The notes under the pieces are model-generated. The model did not search any database, was not told the origin of the DNA, and saw only the letters and a list, made by a program, of their open reading frames with translations. Made by a program: the position numbers and the translations under genes. Below are positions 36,379 through 44,508 of a DNA stretch of 64,000 nt, piece after piece (positions within the stretch are counted from its first letter, which is position 1; each line of letters starts with the position of its first letter). Origin of the DNA: a virus (lineage: Duplodnaviria; Caudoviricetes); IMG/VR virus record IMGVR_UViG_3300031965_000014, positions 6,786 through 70,785 of that record. The stretch is one strand, 5' to 3'.

Positions 36379-36935
36379 TTCAGCGCTTCGTGTTCAAGCT
36401 CTTCCAGGCGCCGGGCGCGGGCCCCATGCCCACCGGCGCCAACCGGCTCGAACTTCTTCTTCACCACCAGCTCCTTCTTGAGCTCCATGTGCTGGCCGTA
36501 CTGGTACTCGCGGTTCTCCCGGGCCTCCTTCTCCGCCCGGTCGATGTTCTTCGCTCCCTTCGCCCCGACCATGCGCGCCCCGGCCTCGATCACGCCGGAC
36601 GCGCGGCGCACGAGCCCGCCATCGGCGTACTTCAGGAGCCGCGGCCCACGCGCCTTGACGCGCCGGCGCACCCCTCCACCTCCCGCGTACTGCTTCACGG
36701 CCATCGCACTTCCCGGCGGAACCTGCGTCGGCATGGCATCCCTCCTTTCATCCGCCTCGATCGGCGGCGGCGTGTAGCTCTCAGAGCGCAACTTGGCGGC
36801 GCCGACAGCCTCCTCGCTCGTCGCGAAATCCGGCGTGTCGGGAAGCTGCTGCCCGGCCCGTGGAGTCTTCGCGCCGTAGACGTTGATCCACCGCCCATCG
36901 GGACGCTGGATCGTTTCCGACTGCTCGTGCGCCAC
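36375..36935 (-). CDS. Basic hypothetical protein, possibly internal virion
   Basis: GTG start; GRWINV..F.T.EEAV.AAK.RS and YADGGLV motifs. Confidence 0.55.
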   Translation of the reverse strand: MAHEQSETIQRPDGRWINVYGAKTPRAGQQLPDTPDFATSEEAVGAAKLRSESYTPPPIEADERRDAMPTQVPPGSAMAVKQYAGGGGVRRRVKARGPRLLKYADGGLVRRASGVIEAGARMVGAKGAKNIDRAEKEARENREYQYGQHMELKKELVVKKKFEPVGAGGHGARARRLEELEHEALK

Positions 36936-36944
36936 CTTCTCGCC

Positions 36945-37298
36945 CTACACCAGCTTCTCGAGCCGCTCGGCCAGATAGTTCGCCTGCCGGCACAGGTCGT
37001 TGGCCGCCATCTGCACGTCGTCCAACTGCATCTCCAGCGAGTTCGGCCTGTCCGCCGACTTACTACCCACCGGCCCCACCTGCGTCGGCGGCGCCAACGA
37101 CAGCCGGTTCGCCGACTTCGAGATCCGCGTCAGGTTCGACTCCAGCTCACGCAGCGTCAGCGCCAGCGTCTCTACCCTCGCCACCAGCAGCGGCTTCTCA
37201 ACCTCGACCGCAACATCCGGCCTTCCTTGTCCAGCGTCCATCGCAGCACTCCTTTCGTCGTCGATTGCTTCACGTGGAACGTGACGCACGCCGCGCAC
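36945..37298 (-). CDS. Hypothetical coiled-coil protein (start uncertain, possibly 37241)
   Basis: Heptad-like helix with normal codon usage. Confidence 0.5.
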   Translation of the reverse strand: MRGVRHVPREAIDDERSAAMDAGQGRPDVAVEVEKPLLVARVETLALTLRELESNLTRISKSANRLSLAPPTQVGPVGSKSADRPNSLEMQLDDVQMAANDLCRQANYLAERLEKLV

Positions 37299-37470
37299 GC
37301 ATCAAATCGCGCTGGCGCTCGTTGTATCGAACCCGATTCGCCACTCGCCACTTCTCCACACGCGCCGCTTCCTTGTTAGCTACGGCGTTAGCTACGGCTT
37401 CCTTCTCGAAAACGTGCTCCCCACCAAGCCGGTGCTCGTGACCGCACAACCGACACCGCGGCAGCTTCAC
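37270..37470 (-). CDS. Small Zn-binding/basic protein
   Basis: GTG start; CRLCGHEH..ERQRDLMRARRA. Confidence 0.5.
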   Translation of the reverse strand: MKLPRCRLCGHEHRLGGEHVFEKEAVANAVANKEAARVEKWRVANRVRYNERQRDLMRARRASRST

Positions 37471-37495
37471 GACAGAGTCACCTTCCCCATGAGCG

Positions 37496-37631
37496 AAAAC
37501 CAAAATCCGAAAATTTTGAAATCGCGGAACGCGGAAAAGCCCATCGAAAATTGCTCATGCACTACTTCCAGGGGCCCCATGGGGTGGGCGCGCGCCGCCG
37601 CGGCGGGGCACCCCCCTGGGGGTGGTGGGGG
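37496..37631. other. A-tract plus G-tract segment downstream of terS (candidate pac-associated element)
   Basis: Several A4/T4 tracts at 37496-37550, then six G3-G5 runs at 37571-37631. Confidence 0.35.
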
Positions 37632-37819
37632 TCGAGTCGTGCCAGGTGCGCGCACCGCGTCGCCTGCAGGAGATCTCGTTCGAGCTGGCGTCGATCAGCT
37701 CGCGCGCTTCGCTGCTCGATGGGCCGGTGCGATCGGTGGGGTAGCTGGCAACCAAGGCGTCGCCCATGTGCATCAGGCACTTGGCGCTGGGCGCGCGGCC
37801 GACTGGCGGAATGGGGGAG

Positions 37820-38458
37820 TTATCCACCGGCCATCGCCCTCTTCTTCTCCACCTTGTCCTGCGTGCCGCCGGTGTGCCAGTCGCGCAGCCGGTCCTCGTA
37901 GGGCTTCTCGTCCTCGGCCACGTTCAGGCCGTAGGCGGTGCGCTCCAGCGGCACCATGCGGGCGAGACTGTTGGCCACCTTGAGCAGCGCGTCCGCGATC
38001 GTCTCCTTCGGGCCGAGGAACGCCACCTCGCCGGGCTTGTTCAGCGCGAGCAGGTGAAGCTGGGCCGCGAGCAGCTTCGCCGCGCTGATGCCGTCCAGCA
38101 GGGCTTGCCGATGGCGCAGGACCACGGCTACGCCAGCGGTCGCGGCCGACTGCACTAGGTCCTCGTCCGAGCGTGAACCGCACGACACGCTGTCCGCCGC
38201 AAGCCGCGCATTGACTTCGACCTGAACGTCCTTGCGCAGGTCACGTTTCCAGTCCTCGTCTTTGCGGCGCCTGACGAGAGCGGTGATGGAGATGCCGTAC
38301 TTTTCGGAGAGGTGTGAGTAGGTTAAGCCGGTGCGGTAGTCGGCGTGGACGTGCTCCCAGACGTATGGGTCGATTGACTTTGGTGTTACGGGGAGCGGGC
38401 TGACGTTGGACGTGGCTGGGTCTTGAGCGGACGTAGCGGGGGCTGGGGCGCGGTCCAT
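37820..38458 (-). CDS. terS: Terminase small subunit
   Basis: W....ADYRTG.T...LSEKYGIS..AL.RR.K.E.WKRDL N-terminal HTH; first gene of the late arm. Confidence 0.8.
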   Translation of the reverse strand: MDRAPAPATSAQDPATSNVSPLPVTPKSIDPYVWEHVHADYRTGLTYSHLSEKYGISITALVRRRKDEDWKRDLRKDVQVEVNARLAADSVSCGSRSDEDLVQSAATAGVAVVLRHRQALLDGISAAKLLAAQLHLLALNKPGEVAFLGPKETIADALLKVANSLARMVPLERTAYGLNVAEDEKPYEDRLRDWHTGGTQDKVEKKRAMAGG

Positions 38459-38537
38459 GGTGCTGGAAACTAGCCCTTTTCAATGGGTTGGGGCAATGAG
38501 TTGACAAGGTGCTTTATGTGGTGTGAGTGGATTACAT

Positions 38538-38566
38538 TTGACTTCAGTATGACGTAGGCGCATATT
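38538..38566 (+). promoter_or_regulatory. Sigma70 promoter of the early operon, overlapped by an operator (38548-38564)
   Basis: TTGACT-N17-CATATT; TATGACGTAGGCGCATA inverted repeat. Confidence 0.7.
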
Positions 38567-38630
38567 GCAGGTGCGTGCCACGCATAGGCACGAGGGCAAC
38601 ACCACTACCAACTGACGAGAGAGGCACCGA

Positions 38631-38849
38631 ATGAACCGCTACGGCGACGACGACCGCGACGACTTCGCGGACCCCGGTGGACGCAGCGCACTGCGCGCCG
38701 CATCGAAGAGCAACCCACGCAACCTGCCGTGCCCGACATGCGGCACGAAGAACGTGCTCACGCCGAAGGACAGGGCGCTCGGCTACCAGTGCAACCGCTG
38801 CGCCGACCACGCCGAAGGTCTCGGACCGAACGGCGCGGGGGAATACTGA
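38631..38849 (+). CDS. Zn-ribbon early protein
   Basis: CPTC..CNRC; first gene after the promoter. Confidence 0.7.
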   Translation: MNRYGDDDRDDFADPGGRSALRAASKSNPRNLPCPTCGTKNVLTPKDRALGYQCNRCADHAEGLGPNGAGEY

Positions 38850-39379
38850 TGACGACCAAGCCCAACGGCACCGAGCACCCGCGCTTCGGCTACGACTTCG
38901 CCGGGGTCCCGAACACCAAGGCGGGGCGCAGGTTCATCGAGCAACTGCGCACCTACATCAACCGACCGGCCACCGAGCGCGTGCGCATCCTGTGCAATGG
39001 ACCGAGGAACGCGGCGCGCGAGGCCGAGAAGCGCGCCAATCCAGACGCGCACACGTGGCACTACGACAGTTACCTGCCCCAACGCCACGCGAAGACGTTC
39101 CGGGTCTACATCGACCGCAAGGCCGAGAGCGAGGCCATGCGCGAACGCTACGACCTCATGGAGCAGGTGCGCACCGTGCGCGCGGCCAACGAGAAGTTCA
39201 GCACCGCGCTCACCGCGCTCCAGCACGACAACCACGACCTGACCGAGTGCGTCAGCGCGCTGCACGAGAGCCGAAAGCGCCTCGCCGAGGCCAACGTCGC
39301 GCTGCGCGACCGCTACCAGCACGTGCCGCTGTGGCTCGCCCACGCCTGCGCGTTCCTCGCCCAATGGGGGAAGTCATGA
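38849..39379 (+). CDS. Hypothetical early protein (176 aa)
   Basis: TGATG-coupled; C-terminal coiled coil. Confidence 0.65.
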   Translation: MTTKPNGTEHPRFGYDFAGVPNTKAGRRFIEQLRTYINRPATERVRILCNGPRNAAREAEKRANPDAHTWHYDSYLPQRHAKTFRVYIDRKAESEAMRERYDLMEQVRTVRAANEKFSTALTALQHDNHDLTECVSALHESRKRLAEANVALRDRYQHVPLWLAHACAFLAQWGKS

Positions 39380-39546
39380 CCACCTACGCCGAGCGCGTGC
39401 GCCAACTCGAAGACGAAGGGCTACCGACCAGCGACGCGCAGGCCGTGGCCGACGCGGAGCAGGCGCAGGGGCGCGTCTTCACCTTCGACGTGGGCCACCC
39501 AATGGACGCGGTGCTCGACCCGGCCACCAACTGGCCGTTCCGATGA
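39376..39546 (+). CDS. Small early protein (LEDEGL..SDAQ type, 56 aa)
   Basis: ATGA-coupled; motif recurrent in phage early genes. Confidence 0.6.
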   Translation: MTTYAERVRQLEDEGLPTSDAQAVADAEQAQGRVFTFDVGHPMDAVLDPATNWPFR

Positions 39547-39653
39547 GCCTGCCCTGCCGCATCCTCGACCTGCGATCCGACTGGATACGCGCGGGCGACG
39601 CTGACACGGCGGGCGGACTCGACGCGCTGCTCGTCGCAGCCTACGGAGCCTGA
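39543..39653 (+). CDS. 36-aa early micro-ORF
   Basis: ATGA-coupled, GC3-rich. Confidence 0.4.
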   Translation: MSLPCRILDLRSDWIRAGDADTAGGLDALLVAAYGA

Positions 39654-39657
39654 CACC

Positions 39658-39840
39658 GTGAACCTCGCCATGCGCGTCCTGCTCGCCGCCGTGCTGCTCG
39701 CGGCGGCGGGCATCTACCTCACCAAGTGCATCGCGCAAGCGGTGCAACGCGACGACCTGGACCCGCCGCGCGGGATCGCGCTCGGCGTGGTCATCGGCCT
39801 CGGCATCTACGCCGCCGTTCTCATCGCCTTCTTCGATTGA
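39658..39840 (+). CDS. Small two-TM membrane protein
   Basis: Two hydrophobic helices. Confidence 0.55.
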   Translation: MNLAMRVLLAAVLLAAAGIYLTKCIAQAVQRDDLDPPRGIALGVVIGLGIYAAVLIAFFD

Positions 39841-39852
39841 AAGGACAACCCA

Positions 39853-40428
39853 ATGACCACCAAGCACACACCTTGGGGCGCCACACAGGACACCAAGCAA
39901 GTCGCGCCCGGCATCACCCGCATCGACACCGCAAGCCACGGCGGCTACCACCTGAGCGCCGAGCGCCTCGCCGACATGCCCGAACAACTGCGCCGCTTCA
40001 CGCCCTACGCGGGCGAGGGCTGGTACGAGGAGGACTGCGATTGGGCCATCGTCGCGCTCGCCTTCCCGCAGCACTTCAGCACCTACGCGGTGCTGTGCGC
40101 GGTGGAGCAGCAGTCGGGAGAATTCGGCCAACCGCTCGCGCGCGAGTACCTGGAGCAGCACCCGAGGGGCAAGGAGGCAGCGCGCCGCGCCTTCGAGTTC
40201 CGCCGCATGAACGCCGAGAAGTTCCGCGACCAGGGCGGCATGTCAAGCGGCGACTGCAACTGGACCATGTGGGCCGAGAACCTCGCGCACACCGTGCGCC
40301 TGACCGCCGACTTCCCAAAGGCCAACAGCATCGAAGAAGGCCACTACGCGCTGCCCACGCTGTTCACCGAGGCCGACATCGAGCGCCTGGGCGGGCGCAT
40401 CGTCAAACGCGAAGGAGCAAGAGCATGA
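39853..40428 (+). CDS. DUF7007-like protein
   Basis: TPWG..Q....APGI....TASHGG..LS..WYEEDC.WAIV motifs. Confidence 0.6.
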   Translation: MTTKHTPWGATQDTKQVAPGITRIDTASHGGYHLSAERLADMPEQLRRFTPYAGEGWYEEDCDWAIVALAFPQHFSTYAVLCAVEQQSGEFGQPLAREYLEQHPRGKEAARRAFEFRRMNAEKFRDQGGMSSGDCNWTMWAENLAHTVRLTADFPKANSIEEGHYALPTLFTEADIERLGGRIVKREGARA

Positions 40429-40637
40429 ACCTAGCCCGCCGCCACATCCTCGGCGCAATCGCCACGCGCGCGACGATGGTTCACGCGCTGAACGCAAGCG
40501 CCTTCGTGCAGATGACCCCGCTTCCAAACGATTGGTACGAGATCGCCGTCAAGACCGACCGCGCCAACCTGCTGCCAGTCGCCAACGGACGCACGTGCAT
40601 CGACCCTGATGCTCAATCGAAAGGAGCGAGAGCATGA
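40425..40637 (+). CDS. Hypothetical early protein (70 aa)
   Basis: AAGGAG SD, ATGA overlap. Confidence 0.55.
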   Translation: MNLARRHILGAIATRATMVHALNASAFVQMTPLPNDWYEIAVKTDRANLLPVANGRTCIDPDAQSKGARA

Positions 40638-40709
40638 CCACCGAGAGCTACATCCCCCCCGAGGGCGCAGCCGGGGCGGAAGCGCCCACCAACGAAAGGA
40701 GCGAACGCT

Positions 40710-40890
40710 ATGCAGAACTTGAAGATGGAAGTGAACGGCGACGAGCTGCTCATCCGCATCGACCTGTCGAAGAACTGCGGGCCGAGCCATTCGGGCAAAA
40801 GCATCATCATCGCCACCATCGGCGGCAACACCGAGGTTCCGGGGCAAGCCGGGTCTCAAGATCGGCATCAACTGCTACAGGGCGCAGTGA
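40710..40890 (+). pseudogene. Small conserved-type protein (..IDLSK..GPS.SGK.IIIA..GN..VPG..KIG.N.YR) with an apparent +1 frameshift at G4 (40841-40844)
   Basis: The family-like C-terminus PGLKIGINCYRAQ* lies in a shifted frame; deleting one G restores a 59-aa ORF. Confidence 0.55.
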
Positions 40891-40930
40891 CGCACGCCCA
40901 TCCCCAACTGACGAACAGGAGAACGAGACC

Positions 40931-41272
40931 ATGAGACTGACAAACGAAGCCGCCGCGCGCGACGCGCTGCGCGCCATCCTCAGCGTGCTGAACCAGGACG
41001 ACGACGGCGACTACTTCATCTGCAAGGAGGCCGAGCAGACCATCGCGCACTGCCGCGCTGTTGCCGAAGGCGCAAAGGGCGCTGACTTCTACCATCTGGA
41101 CGACCGTGAGCATGCGACGGTCCTCGCCGCGCTGCGCTACCGGCAGGCCGGGCTCGCCAAAGACGAGAGCGGCAGCGAGTTCGACTCAATCGCCACGAAC
41201 GCAGGGAAGTTCGACGCCCTCGGCGTGGACGAGATCGACGCGCTCTGCGAGCGCCTGAACTGCGGAGGCTGA
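40931..41272 (+). CDS. Hypothetical early protein (113 aa)
   Basis: AGGAG SD; REHATVLAALRY..DEIDALCERLN. Confidence 0.65.
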   Translation: MRLTNEAAARDALRAILSVLNQDDDGDYFICKEAEQTIAHCRAVAEGAKGADFYHLDDREHATVLAALRYRQAGLAKDESGSEFDSIATNAGKFDALGVDEIDALCERLNCGG

Positions 41273-41274
41273 CC

Positions 41275-41451
41275 GTGGACAAGACTTTCACCTACACGCT
41301 CATGCTCGACGCCGAGCGCGCCACCAACCCGGAGGCCCTGCGCTTGGCGTGCGCGCGCGCCATCGAGTACGCCCTGGACAACGACCTTGAGGGCGCGGAG
41401 GTCCTCAACCGCAACACAGTCGGGCAGGTTTCCATCATTGGAGGAGGCTGA
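41275..41451 (+). CDS. Hypothetical early protein (58 aa)
   Basis: GTG start with GGAGG SD. Confidence 0.5.
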   Translation: MDKTFTYTLMLDAERATNPEALRLACARAIEYALDNDLEGAEVLNRNTVGQVSIIGGG

Positions 41452-41453
41452 CC

Positions 41454-41822
41454 ATGAAAGGCTACGTCATCTACGCAGGGCGCAGGCATCGCGTCCTCGG
41501 TACGTGGACCAACGGCTACGGCGCTCTCATGGCGAGGCTCAAGCCCTTCCGAGGGCCTGAGATCGCCGTCAACGCGATCAACTGCACGCCGTGGAAGCGC
41601 GGCAACGTACGCCACATCAACGGCAAGCAACCGCATCGCGGCAAGCGGCCCGTGCACCTTCGCATCGACACGGCGGGCGAACTCATCAGCGTGCACCTGA
41701 AGGGCACGCGCCAGCACCTCACCTGCACCTTCGGTGGGCTGTACGACATGCTCGCGCGGCAGACGACCATCAACGCCAAACGCGACCGCGCATTCGCCAA
41801 ATCCACCGGGAGGAGAGCATGA
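41454..41822 (+). CDS. Basic hypothetical early protein
   Basis: GGAGG SD, 122 aa. Confidence 0.6.
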   Translation: MKGYVIYAGRRHRVLGTWTNGYGALMARLKPFRGPEIAVNAINCTPWKRGNVRHINGKQPHRGKRPVHLRIDTAGELISVHLKGTRQHLTCTFGGLYDMLARQTTINAKRDRAFAKSTGRRA

Positions 41823-42079
41823 GCTATTCCTGCGTAGACGGATGGAGCGACCTGATCGACGAACTCGAACACTTCAAGCTGCTGAAGCTGACCAAGCGCG
41901 CCAGCGAATCCGAGGACCCGAGCCAGTCCACCACCGAGGCCCTGCGGGCGATCCGGCGCGCCTGGCGCGCTGTCAAGGCGCTGCGGGCGCTGATCGACGC
42001 ACACGATGAAACACCTTCCATGCTGACAGCCAGCGAATGGGCTGCCGCACGCCGCGCGATCAAGAAGTTCCCCAACTGA
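41819..42079 (+). CDS. Hypothetical early protein (86 aa)
   Basis: ATGA-coupled. Confidence 0.55.
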   Translation: MSYSCVDGWSDLIDELEHFKLLKLTKRASESEDPSQSTTEALRAIRRAWRAVKALRALIDAHDETPSMLTASEWAAARRAIKKFPN

Positions 42080-42102
42080 CGACCAACGAAAGGAGCTACA
42101 CC

Positions 42103-42489
42103 ATGGACACGACAATCGAGAAGCGCAAGGACGGATGGCAGGCCAAGACCTACATCATCATCGGACCGGCCGAGGACCACTTCAAGCGGTCCGGCGAGCG
42201 GCGGCTTTGCATCGACACTAGCAAAGCGCTGCGCGGTGGGCTCGTCACCAGGGCATCCGTTTCCCTGCACCAGGGCAACAGCTACTCGCACGCCTTCGGC
42301 CTTGGCACCGGCCTGGGCGACTACTCGAAGCGCGTCCTCGTCACCGCAACGCGCTGCACCGAGAAGGCCGTACGCGAGCAGCACGCCCAGGCACTCGGGC
42401 AAACCGACGCCCTGCTCGCCGAGGCCCGCGACTTCTACGCGGCGCAGGAAGCGCGCAAGGCGCAGGAAGCGCAGCGGAGGGCGGCATGA
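42103..42489 (+). CDS. Hypothetical early protein (128 aa)
   Basis: AAGGAG SD; preceded by the repeat motif. Confidence 0.65.
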   Translation: MDTTIEKRKDGWQAKTYIIIGPAEDHFKRSGERRLCIDTSKALRGGLVTRASVSLHQGNSYSHAFGLGTGLGDYSKRVLVTATRCTEKAVREQHAQALGQTDALLAEARDFYAAQEARKAQEAQRRAA

Positions 42490-42743
42490 CGCCGGGACCG
42501 TGGTACGAGGCGAAGACCGGGAATCATCAAGGGCTCGTCATCTCGGAGGCCACGGGCGCAAACGTGGCCGTGGCTTACGACAAGAAGGACGCCCCCTTGA
42601 TCGCCGCCGCGCCTGACATGCTGGCGGCGCTGGAAACGATCGCCAAGTCGGAGCGGCTAGAGACCGGGACGTTCGTTTGCGACTTTGACACGCTGCAAAG
42701 CGTGGCGCGCGCCGCCGTCGCCAAGGCGAAGGGAAGCGCATGA
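42486..42743 (+). CDS. TPGPW/LIAAAP-type phage early protein
   Basis: MTPGPW..LIAAAPDMLAALE. Confidence 0.65.
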   Translation: MTPGPWYEAKTGNHQGLVISEATGANVAVAYDKKDAPLIAAAPDMLAALETIAKSERLETGTFVCDFDTLQSVARAAVAKAKGSA

Positions 42744-43168
42744 GCCAGGACCTCGCCTACGTCCTGCGCGAATTCATCCCGCGCGAGCAGGGCAAGGCGC
42801 TCCGGGAGATCTGCCGCACCAAGGAGGGCAAGCAGGAAATGGCCGAGCCCCTCACCCGCCTCGTCGCTACGGTTCAGGCCATGCCCAAGACCTACGAGCA
42901 GGAGGGCAAGGGCGAGGAGGCCGTGGTGCACCTGCACTACTTCACCGGCGGCTGCGACTGGTGGATCACCGAGCGCGACATCGACGACGACGGCGAGGGC
43001 CAGGTGCAGGCATTCGGGTACGTGGACCTGGGCGATCCGCAGAACGCGGAACTCGGATACATCAGCATCAAGGAGCTGTGCGAGATTCGCACGATGAACG
43101 TGGACCTCTACTGGACGCCCATCACGCTGCGCGAACTGGTCGCGAAGCGCCAAAGGAGAGCGGCATGA
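42740..43168 (+). CDS. DUF2958-like protein
   Basis: LHYFTGGCDWWITE..AFGYVDLG...AELGYIS..EL. Confidence 0.7.
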   Translation: MSQDLAYVLREFIPREQGKALREICRTKEGKQEMAEPLTRLVATVQAMPKTYEQEGKGEEAVVHLHYFTGGCDWWITERDIDDDGEGQVQAFGYVDLGDPQNAELGYISIKELCEIRTMNVDLYWTPITLRELVAKRQRRAA

Positions 43169-43479
43169 AATCCTACGAAGGCGACACAGACCTCAACGTG
43201 TACGTGGTGGAGAAGACTCGCCGCGCGCCGCTCGCGCTCCGCTTGGACCTGCGCAACCACAGCCCCACGGGCTTCGCCTGGGGCTATGGCGGCAGCGGCC
43301 CGGCGCAACTCGCGCTCGCCATCCTCGCCGACCTGCACACCGATGCGAAGGCGCTGGCGTGGTACATGCCGTTCAAGTGGCGCGTCATCGCGCAACTCAA
43401 GCAGCTCGAGCCTTGGACGCTATCCGCGCAGCAGGTAAACGACGCGCTCGCGGTGCTCGAAGCTGAAGGGCGCGGATGA
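43165..43479 (+). CDS. DUF6166-like protein
   Basis: LRNHSPTGFAWGYGGSGPAQLALAILAD. Confidence 0.7.
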   Translation: MKSYEGDTDLNVYVVEKTRRAPLALRLDLRNHSPTGFAWGYGGSGPAQLALAILADLHTDAKALAWYMPFKWRVIAQLKQLEPWTLSAQQVNDALAVLEAEGRG

Positions 43480-43553
43480 GCTGACGGTTCAGGCGGGACC
43501 TCGCGGCCCCGCCCTCCCCGGCTATCCCCAACTGACGAAGAAGGAGCAAGCAC

Positions 43554-43841
43554 ATGGAGTTTACCAGCATTCAAATCCCCGACCACGCCTGGGAACCATC
43601 GGGCGACAACGACAACCCGCGCGCGCGGCTGCTCGCCAGCATGGGGTTGAACGGTCAACCGTTCCACGTCGAGGCGTACCAGGTGAAGACAGCCGACAAC
43701 GGCGAGCAAGTCGTCGCCGATCCGACATTCGAGTCCGAGTGGCTCGGGATCTGCGCGCTCCAGAACGACGGCGGCGCATTCCGTACCGTGTTCATCGAGG
43801 ACCGCGAGTACGTGATCGTGGTCTCGCCCTTCCTGGCATGA
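43554..43841 (+). CDS. Hypothetical early protein (95 aa)
   Basis: AAGGAG SD; preceded by the repeat motif. Confidence 0.65.
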   Translation: MEFTSIQIPDHAWEPSGDNDNPRARLLASMGLNGQPFHVEAYQVKTADNGEQVVADPTFESEWLGICALQNDGGAFRTVFIEDREYVIVVSPFLA

Positions 43842-44080
43842 CGCGCAGCTCGCGGCCGGAAGTCCGTAACCCGCTGGTCAACCTGCCGGCGGCGCAGATG
43901 ATCCGGCAACTATCGCCCGAAGCACAGCACGCGATCCGGCTGCTTTGCAAAGACATCGCCGCCGACGCGCGGGCGCGCGCCGAGAAGTGCTGGCGCACCC
44001 ACAAGGCACCGATGGCCGCGTACTGGAAGGCGGTCGCGGTCTACGCCACACACGCAGCCCGTCTCATCAAACCAAACTGA
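43838..44080 (+). CDS. Hypothetical early protein (KAPMAAYWKAVAVY type, 80 aa)
   Basis: ATGA-coupled. Confidence 0.6.
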   Translation: MTRSSRPEVRNPLVNLPAAQMIRQLSPEAQHAIRLLCKDIAADARARAEKCWRTHKAPMAAYWKAVAVYATHAARLIKPN

Positions 44081-44092
44081 AAAGGGCCACCC

Positions 44093-44296
44093 ATGAAACG
44101 TTGGACCATGCCTGCGTGGATGGAGCCGTACCGCGCGATGATCGTAAACACCGGCGGCAATCCCATCGAGGAACTGATGAATGACGACGGCACGAACAGC
44201 AACGTGTTCAACAACGCGCCGCGCGCGCTGATCTGCGTCGCGGTGAAGTCGCAGGTGCAGTTGCTCAAAGCTCTTCACGAGCAAGGGATGCTCTGA
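44093..44296 (+). CDS. Hypothetical early protein (67 aa)
   Basis: Normal codon usage; coupled to the next gene. Confidence 0.6.
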   Translation: MKRWTMPAWMEPYRAMIVNTGGNPIEELMNDDGTNSNVFNNAPRALICVAVKSQVQLLKALHEQGML

Positions 44297-44508
44297 TGCC
44301 CGCCGGGCTCGCCCCCTGGATGGCGATCGCCAGCTACGGCGCCTGGCACCCTGGCGTGCCGCAGGGGAAGGTCTTTGTCTACGCCACGCGCGGCGGCACG
44401 CATGCCCGCCATGCACAGCGGCGCAAGTTCCTCGTGCCAGCATCCGAGGTCGCTGGCCTCGCGCCCCCGTTCCTGGTCAACTTGGCGACAGCCGAGGAGG
44501 TCCCATGA
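44296..44508 (+). CDS. Hypothetical early protein (70 aa)
   Basis: TGATG-coupled. Confidence 0.45.
   Translation: MPAGLAPWMAIASYGAWHPGVPQGKVFVYATRGGTHARHAQRRKFLVPASEVAGLAPPFLVNLATAEEVP

Larger units (their letters stand above)
38608..43538 (+). repeat. Start-associated motif CCAACTGACGA, 4 exact copies (38608, 40904, 42072, 43528)
   Basis: Each copy lies just upstream of an RBS/ATG; three extend to CCCCAACTGACGA. Confidence 0.75.

Noticed and set aside
38501-38530. Perfect TTGACA at 38501 as a promoter
   Set aside because: No -10 element at 16-18 nt spacing; the 38538 promoter fits better.
40634-41272. 212-aa ORF as a single gene
   Set aside because: Its middle is an off-frame reading of the 40710 gene and stays open across the suspected frameshift; the real gene starts at 40931 with its own SD.
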